Assembly: GCA_964518475.1 (NCBI GenBank)
Contig: CAZFGR010000005.1
Location: forward strand, 1 to 64,000
Source: an uncultured Nitrososphaerota archaeon
GTDB lineage: Archaea; Asgardarchaeota; Njordarchaeia; Njordarchaeales; Njordarchaeaceae
Direction: 5' to 3'
DNA: 64,000 nucleotides
The position numbers were made by a program, and so were the translations under genes. The notes under the pieces are model-generated. The model saw nothing but the letters and a program-made list of their open reading frames with translations, was not told the DNA's origin and ran no database searches. Positions 57,746-64,000 of this stretch are shown in pieces (position 1 is the first letter of the stretch; each line of letters begins with the position of its first letter).

Positions 57746-60628
57746 TTATGCCTTCTTTTTGACATAGTAAACGGCTACAATTATAGCAATAATTATTATT
57801 ACGGCACCACCTATGTAGACTAACCACGTCGCGATGGTGGGTGGTGCTTTAGCCGTAATAGTAACTAGTGCTGATGCTTGATTACCAGCGAAGTCATAAG
57901 CAACGATTGAGATCGTGTGGGTGCCAGGCGGTACATTAACGGTTGTCTGGTTGGCAGTGCCTGGGAGGGTAGTGACAAGTTCTCCATCCAAGTAGACCTC
58001 TACTCTATCTACTCCAAAGTTATCAGTCACTTCGAAAGTCACTGTAATATTGCCGGCTTTCACGACTTCATTCTCTGTCGGGGATAAGATCGTGACTACT
58101 GGCTTTGTTAGATCGACGGTGAAGGTTACAGTAGCCTCAGAGGATAAGTAAGCACGGTCATAAACCACGAGCTTTACTGTGTGAGTACCCTCTGACAGGT
58201 CGGATAGAGTATACTCAGTTTCTCCACCGACTAGCATATCTACGAGCGAATCATCTAGGTACACAAAGGTTATGTTTCCTTCAGTCTTATCAGTGACACT
58301 CCACTCAATGGTTACGGTTTGAGAAGCAATATATGAATCAGCCCCTGGAGCAGTTATCGAGATCTCTGGCGGTGAGGTATCATTTAATGCCCTAGAACCA
58401 ATTAGCCACCGAATAATATTGTCGATGAAGCGGTGGTTATACTCGGCATTATCGGTGTAAGCGAACGGTAATGTACCACCCATCGCAAATAGTTTGCCGC
58501 CATTCTCCAACTCAACAGCGGCTGCAGCAACGAGATCCGTTCCGTTAATACCTGAGGGTTTTCCAGTATCATTTACTCCATAGCTCGTTGGATTACCAAG
58601 GAGTATGGGTATGGCTGGATCAGTAACGTTTAAGTAAGTACAGCCATGAGCCAGAACCGAGGAAACACCCGCGCTGAGGAGTTTAGCTAGCAAGTTATCC
58701 GCGAATACTGATAAGATAGGCTTATAAGAAGCGTCCATGTTGTTCTCGTCATCCATTATCTCTCCATCGTTCCACACGATTCCGTATTCGCCCGTGAGGT
58801 CATTCAAACTTGCTGGATCAAAGTAGTCGTACCAGTTACCCATTATCCAGACTTTTCCACCATTTGCTAAGTAGTTCTTTAGAAGGCTTATCTCGAAATC
58901 GTAGAGACCATCATTTGGATATGGAATAACCACTAGGTGAGCTGCGTTAAGTATTTCTTCAGTGAAGTTACCAGTGTTGATTTCTACTAAACCGTATTGG
59001 CTAAGATACTTAATGAAAGTAGGCATCCTGCTGGAATCGTAGAATTGGCCGTGTCCTTCATCAAAGACAATTAATGCATTATAAACGTTTACCTTAGTTG
59101 ATGCAGAGCCGGATCCAAGATTAGCCGATGAGAATTGCACTACTATTTCGAAGAAGCCGATTTTCGCTGCCTTAATTATATATTCTAAGTGCATTGCCTC
59201 TCCAGGATTTAGTGCGGATATGAAGTATGTAGTATCGTTGAGTGTAGATAATCCAGCTGGAAGGATCAGTTCAAGAGAAATGTTCTCAGCAACTATGTTT
59301 GTTGGATTGTAAACCTCTACGAATAATGTGAAGTTGTCTCTCTCGTAGATTAGGAACTCTTCAGGAATCGGGTAGAGCGTCACCGTTAAGCTTAGTGTCT
59401 CGATATGCACTACTTTTGAGAATCCAGGAACGTTATCAGACCATACCTTGATAGTAACATTGGCTAGACTGTTTCCTGTAGCAACAACTTCCCAGCATAG
59501 AGAAACTGAAGAACCTGCTGGCAAAGTCTCTATCGTATAAATATTCGAAGCATTAACCAGATCTAGGGCGCCTTCGATCTCAACACCGACACGTACATTG
59601 GTAGCGTCAATACCCCAATTGTTAGTGATCGTTAGGTTTATTAGACCATGCTCACTCAATAGAAGCGAGGAAGGAGCCTCGGTAGAAGAAAGCCACAACC
59701 CTCTACCAAGTAACCACTCGAACACTAGCATAGCAAAATCTGCTGTATCCCACCTTGTATCCAGATAATAATAGGCTTCATCGCTTCTAAACATAGCTGA
59801 GCTGCCGCTTGCAAAAATTCTTCCACCATTGACCACATCAACTGCCATAAAAGCTATAGCATCATAGCCTAATGTTTTCTGTGTATCGTTCTCGAATTTT
59901 ACAATAGTGTCGTCATCTCCCGTTCCAACAATATATACTGGAGCATCTGTCGAGTTTACGCCAGTCCAATAGAGTGCGGTTGAAGAATATGCTTCAACTT
60001 CAAACGTGCCATTTCTACTTACAAAACGTGCCACGGTATTATTTGCCCATGTATGGATGATTACATCGAAAAGATATTTATAATAATCATGATTACTCTC
60101 ATCAAGGATCTCAGCATCGTACCAACCGATTCCATAATCTTTTGTAATGTTCTCGATGCATGCTGGATCAAAGTAGTCGTACCAATCACCCATGATTAAT
60201 AAAGCACCACCACTGTTCACGAAATTCTTGATGGCATCTATCTCCGTAGCATTGTAAGGCAATTTTACAGAGGGATTAGTTATAATTAGTACATCATAAT
60301 TGGATAGTAGAGAATCATTTAGTTCACCAGTTGTGTGCACAACTATTTCCACACCATAGTTTTCTTCAAGATCTTGGAGGAATGCCGATAACTTCTCAGA
60401 ATCCCACCACTGCCCATGGCTTTCGTCGAATAGTACCTTCACAGTAGGTAACGGGGTTTGATGAATAACAAGGTCAGGTACTGTGGAAGAACTTGGGGGG
60501 GATGTGATTTCTCTCCCCTTTATCGAACTTATTGATAGGGCTTTGTATGGTTTTATACCTGGTGTTGAAGTGCTAGCGGAGAGAAGAATTATTGCGATTA
60601 GCATTGCGAGGATATAGTTTTTCTTCAA
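57746..60628 (-). CDS. Cell-surface protein: 2 GIFT/DUF4350-like domains, CARDB/Ig-like domains, C-terminal TM anchor
   Basis: VLFDESHGQ and IVFDEGHGQ; FVNSGGALLIMGDW and YLANGGKVWIMGNW; Big-like domains (D..P.I.I..P, GTHT..VAYD.AGN); TM + KKK; many NxS/T sequons. Confidence 0.8.
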   Translation of the reverse strand: MKKNYILAMLIAIILLSASTSTPGIKPYKALSISSIKGREITSPPSSSTVPDLVIHQTPLPTVKVLFDESHGQWWDSEKLSAFLQDLEENYGVEIVVHTTGELNDSLLSNYDVLIITNPSVKLPYNATEIDAIKNFVNSGGALLIMGDWYDYFDPACIENITKDYGIGWYDAEILDESNHDYYKYLFDVIIHTWANNTVARFVSRNGTFEVEAYSSTALYWTGVNSTDAPVYIVGTGDDDTIVKFENDTQKTLGYDAIAFMAVDVVNGGRIFASGSSAMFRSDEAYYYLDTRWDTADFAMLVFEWLLGRGLWLSSTEAPSSLLLSEHGLINLTITNNWGIDATNVRVGVEIEGALDLVNASNIYTIETLPAGSSVSLCWEVVATGNSLANVTIKVWSDNVPGFSKVVHIETLSLTVTLYPIPEEFLIYERDNFTLFVEVYNPTNIVAENISLELILPAGLSTLNDTTYFISALNPGEAMHLEYIIKAAKIGFFEIVVQFSSANLGSGSASTKVNVYNALIVFDEGHGQFYDSSRMPTFIKYLSQYGLVEINTGNFTEEILNAAHLVVIPYPNDGLYDFEISLLKNYLANGGKVWIMGNWYDYFDPASLNDLTGEYGIVWNDGEIMDDENNMDASYKPILSVFADNLLAKLLSAGVSSVLAHGCTYLNVTDPAIPILLGNPTSYGVNDTGKPSGINGTDLVAAAAVELENGGKLFAMGGTLPFAYTDNAEYNHRFIDNIIRWLIGSRALNDTSPPEISITAPGADSYIASQTVTIEWSVTDKTEGNITFVYLDDSLVDMLVGGETEYTLSDLSEGTHTVKLVVYDRAYLSSEATVTFTVDLTKPVVTILSPTENEVVKAGNITVTFEVTDNFGVDRVEVYLDGELVTTLPGTANQTTVNVPPGTHTISIVAYDFAGNQASALVTITAKAPPTIATWLVYIGGAVIIIIAIIVAVYYVKKKA

Positions 60629-60801
60629 AATGCTGCACCTTTTTTATTTTTTAGAAAGGTAACTAGCTAGGGGAAGGGGTAGTATTGGATTTGTTTATCT
60701 GACTTATAAAGATTGCTTTTCAAAATTTTCTAAAAACGAAGAAAAAGGCTATATGAAATATGAAGAAGAAATGAAGAATAAAAATTGAAAATGAGCTTGC
60801 T

Positions 60802-63621
60802 TTAAGACTTTTTGAATCTTCTTATGTAAAGAGCTAAAGCTCCAAAAACGACTACTAAGACGATGATGACGGATACTGCTATTAGTCCGCTTGCGGGTAT
60901 TTTGCCCCTGGGCTTTACGTAATTAACGATTATTTCCTTAGTGGTGGGGCTAGGTAGGTTAGATGCACTCGCATTAACAGTTATTCTGTATGTTCCGGCT
61001 GCGTTAGCGGATAGTATCCAGACGATTTCGGCGTATTCTCCGGGCTCTAGATCACCAACACTGTACGTTTTTGTACCATTTCTGTTTATTATTCCGGGGG
61101 AATAATCGATGGCTACTTGTATACCTACCAGCGTCTCGACGCCTTTATTAGTGACTTTTACACGCATCACGATATCTTCTCCAATGTTTACTTGGTAGGG
61201 GACACCACTTATCTCTATGTCGAGTTGCTTTATACCCAGTAGCCAAGTTATTACGTTGGCTATGAATGGCTCGTTAGACTTGTAATAGTATCTTGAAGAG
61301 AATGCGTAGACACTGCCGCTAGCGAGCAGTTTTCCTTTACCAGCGATTATTGAGGCCACAATCATCAAAACATCCTTTCCTCTCGCTAATATGTTTCCCT
61401 GATCATCAGTTACGTAGCTTTCATTATTACCGATAACTACGGGATAGTGTGTTGCGATACTCGTGTTAGTAGCGATTAAAGCGGTGCCAGCGAACTCGAT
61501 CTGGGAGATACCAGCAGTTAGTATTTTTGCAATCTCATTTTTCGCGAATGTTTTCGCTACAACATGATAGGTCGCATCGATATAGTTTACGGGATCGTAT
61601 ACGTCGCCATCAATCCATTTAAGTCCATACTTACCTGTTATTTCATTGAATCCTCCGGGATTGTCTGGCCAGAAGTATTGATACCAGTTACCCATCATTA
61701 GAACGGATCCTCCGCTCTCTAGGTATTGTTGGATTAACCGAACTTCCTCGTCACTCATTATGGGGGTTGTTGTGTCTCCGGGAGATCCGGTAGATGGTTG
61801 AGGTATCGGAAGAACGTATATGGCGGTGACGCTGGGGTCTAATAATGGAGCAGGAATAGTACCTTTCAAAATTAACACTGGTGCATGTCTAAGTAAGAGA
61901 TCGATGAAGTCGCCCATCCATTGGGATGTGAAGTACACGAATTGGTAATGTCCCTCATCAAATACGATTATTCTAGTAGTTGTCGCTACTAATACTGCTC
62001 TGGCAACATCTTCACCGCCATTCTCGGTTTTTATATAGACAGCAATGGAGTACGCTCCTATAGAGGTAGTGGTAACTTCAAACGTCACTGTTTTTTCTTC
62101 ACCAGGAGCTAAGCTACTTATTAGTGCTTCAGTGGCGTTGAATGAAACATCTGGAGGGACTTCGGGTATTCTAACCTCGATACTTCTTATGGTGTAAGTG
62201 GCGATATTCTTAACGCGAACATATAGGAGCGTCTTATTTGTCAGAGTGAGGTTTAATGGGAAGGGGTCAAAGGAGACTGCGGTATCAAATGCTGGGCTTG
62301 AAGAAACGGAAATTGTTGATTCACCAATTTTAGAACCTTTAAGATAGAGCTGGACGCCTAGGAAACCATCTCTCTTAAGTCCTAGGACACATTTAACAGT
62401 AAATGATACAGTTACTATCTCAAGAGGCGCTAAAGTGCCAAAATTAATCATTTCTCCGGGAACATAAGTGATATCGTACGTACCAGATTCTCTAGAAACG
62501 GTAACCTTGCTATCTACTACTTCAAGGAAGTAGGGAATAAGCAGATTTATAGAGACATTCTCCTTAGAGGCATTTGCTAGATTCTTTATTTTTACGGAAA
62601 CTGTACCAGTGTCTCCGAGGATGTAGTTTTCCTTACTAACACTAAAGCTCTCTATTAGTGGAATCAAAGAATCCTCCGGGGTCAGATTTAGTGTCCAACC
62701 AACTGTTAAGAGGGTAAAGATGCGATTATCAAGGAGTCTAACTCTATCGTAGGCGAATACATATGTTGTTCCTGAGGCGAATATTTTTCCACCACCTACT
62801 AGTTTCACGGCTGCAAAGAAAATTACATCCCCGTCTAGAAGTTTGCTGGTACCGTTTTCAAAGACTACGAATGTGTCATCATCTCCTACGCCGATGGGAT
62901 AGGGACCCTCTAGTACTTTTGATGGATCGGTGGGGGTTACAATTCTAAGATTTGTACCAGAGAAGAAGATTTCCTTAACGTTTTCTAGGATACCCATCTC
63001 TCTTGTAATACTGTTGTTTGCCCATACATGCACCAATGGGTAGTAAGGCGCATTATAGTCTGGATGCGTGAAATAAGTCGTATTATCTTGTACGCTAACA
63101 TCGTCCCATACGATACCGTATTTCTCAGTTATCGCATTTGCTATTTGTGGGTCGAAATAATCGTGCCAAGTACCCATTATGTATAAGGATCCACCATTTT
63201 CTAAGAAAGCATGTATCGCGCTTACTTCGTCAGGGGTAAACTCTCCCTCGGGATTTGGAATAATTAGAAGAGAGGCCCCGGTTAGATCCTCCGAAGTTAT
63301 TTGGTCATAATTAACTACTATATCCCCAAATATGCTTATGAGAGACACAAACTCTGATAATCTATCAGGTGTGTAGTACTGATCATGACCAGCGTCTAGG
63401 ATGATTTTTGGTTGCTCACTTGATTGTGCTAAGTGAACTCTATTGTTTTCGGGTGGGTAATAAAGGTACATTAGGGGATACTTTTTCATAGATTTGATAG
63501 AGACTTTCTCTATTTCGCTGGGAGAATTAGTAGAGCTATTAACCATCATAGTTGCGAGATTACTGGATACAAGAATTACTGTTACTATAATAGGAATGAT
63601 CCACGACCTTTTAACAGACAT
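60802..63621 (-). CDS. Cell-surface protein: 2 GIFT/DUF4350-like domains, CARDB/Ig-like domains, C-terminal TM anchor (paralog of the previous gene)
   Basis: IILDAGHDQYY and IVFDEGHYQ; FLENGGSLYIMGTW and YLESGGSVLMMGNW; GKIFASG and GKLLASG; TM + RRFKK. Confidence 0.8.
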   Translation of the reverse strand: MSVKRSWIIPIIVTVILVSSNLATMMVNSSTNSPSEIEKVSIKSMKKYPLMYLYYPPENNRVHLAQSSEQPKIILDAGHDQYYTPDRLSEFVSLISIFGDIVVNYDQITSEDLTGASLLIIPNPEGEFTPDEVSAIHAFLENGGSLYIMGTWHDYFDPQIANAITEKYGIVWDDVSVQDNTTYFTHPDYNAPYYPLVHVWANNSITREMGILENVKEIFFSGTNLRIVTPTDPSKVLEGPYPIGVGDDDTFVVFENGTSKLLDGDVIFFAAVKLVGGGKIFASGTTYVFAYDRVRLLDNRIFTLLTVGWTLNLTPEDSLIPLIESFSVSKENYILGDTGTVSVKIKNLANASKENVSINLLIPYFLEVVDSKVTVSRESGTYDITYVPGEMINFGTLAPLEIVTVSFTVKCVLGLKRDGFLGVQLYLKGSKIGESTISVSSSPAFDTAVSFDPFPLNLTLTNKTLLYVRVKNIATYTIRSIEVRIPEVPPDVSFNATEALISSLAPGEEKTVTFEVTTTSIGAYSIAVYIKTENGGEDVARAVLVATTTRIIVFDEGHYQFVYFTSQWMGDFIDLLLRHAPVLILKGTIPAPLLDPSVTAIYVLPIPQPSTGSPGDTTTPIMSDEEVRLIQQYLESGGSVLMMGNWYQYFWPDNPGGFNEITGKYGLKWIDGDVYDPVNYIDATYHVVAKTFAKNEIAKILTAGISQIEFAGTALIATNTSIATHYPVVIGNNESYVTDDQGNILARGKDVLMIVASIIAGKGKLLASGSVYAFSSRYYYKSNEPFIANVITWLLGIKQLDIEISGVPYQVNIGEDIVMRVKVTNKGVETLVGIQVAIDYSPGIINRNGTKTYSVGDLEPGEYAEIVWILSANAAGTYRITVNASASNLPSPTTKEIIVNYVKPRGKIPASGLIAVSVIIVLVVVFGALALYIRRFKKS

Positions 63622-63760
63622 AATCTCACCAAAATATTAGCTGGCAAGAAAGATAATAGATAACCAAGAATAAAACTTTTTATCCTAGCTTTAAGAAGAG
63701 AGAGTTCTTTTCTCGAAATCCGAAAATAAATAAAGGATTTAGAAAATAGGGAATAAGTCG

Positions 63761-64000
63761 TTAGTACTGGGATGCCTCGCGTATTCTCTCAGCTATTGGT
63801 ACTGATATGGCTCCAGCGATGGCGTTTCCTATTGACCACGGAATAACAATCCACCAAAAGACATACTCCCAGAGATATTCTAGACGGTATAGGTTAGGGA
63901 AGAATACTGTGTAGAGGCTAACTTGCATAAAGAAGCCTCTGAGGAGGCCAATTATGAAGCCATCGATTAATCGGAGACCAGGCACGTCGGGAGCTCTTTC
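63761..64000 (-). CDS. C-terminal part of a membrane protein, possibly an ECF-transporter S component (5' end outside the window)
   Basis: Frame open to the window edge; ends with ..WSIGNAIAGAISVPIAERIREA, resembling the last helix of S components. Confidence 0.45.
   Translation of the reverse strand, partial: ERAPDVPGLRLIDGFIIGLLRGFFMQVSLYTVFFPNLYRLEYLWEYVFWWIVIPWSIGNAIAGAISVPIAERIREASQY

Noticed and set aside
1-64000. tRNA, rRNA, CRISPR arrays, IS elements or integrases; short antisense ORFs in the ORF track
   Set aside because: No T-loop/cloverleaf, repeat-spacer array, terminal inverted repeats or recombinase motifs seen by eye. The short ORFs overlap well-supported genes and look like shadows.

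Overview
A 64-kb, AT-rich, gene-dense stretch of archaeal chromosome. The markers are RadA, FEN1 with a PIP box, Taw1, class I LysRS, Clp1-type kinase, RtcB, HerA/NurA, GGTGA-type Shine-Dalgarno sites, many TTG/GTG starts and four C/D-box sRNAs. A Roadblock + Rab-like GTPase pair, two longin-like proteins, a Rad51/Dmc1-like RadA and a giant TrmB-coiled-coil protein suggest an Asgard or Asgard-related, probably thermophilic, archaeon (inference). I recognised no tRNA, rRNA, CRISPR array, transposase or integrase. The best candidate for an undescribed system is a translationally coupled operon at 30601-37580 (-): nurA, herA and a 1397-aa P-loop ATPase with winged-helix and coiled-coil regions, with no Mre11/Rad50 at the locus and an ASCH gene converging on it. 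Other notable items: (i) a 1220-aa TrmB-like protein with ~1000 aa of helical/coiled-coil insert; (ii) two paralogous longin-like genes sharing a 12-bp upstream motif; (iii) a polyproline/coiled-coil protein ending in an apparent pseudo-GTPase domain; (iv) a tandem array of membrane-anchored GldG/IFT52 (GIFT/DUF4350)-like surface proteins; (v) a very sharp A/C-to-G/T synonymous-site switch inside rtcB; (vi) a frameshifted pssA. All family calls come from motif recognition by eye; no database searches were run.
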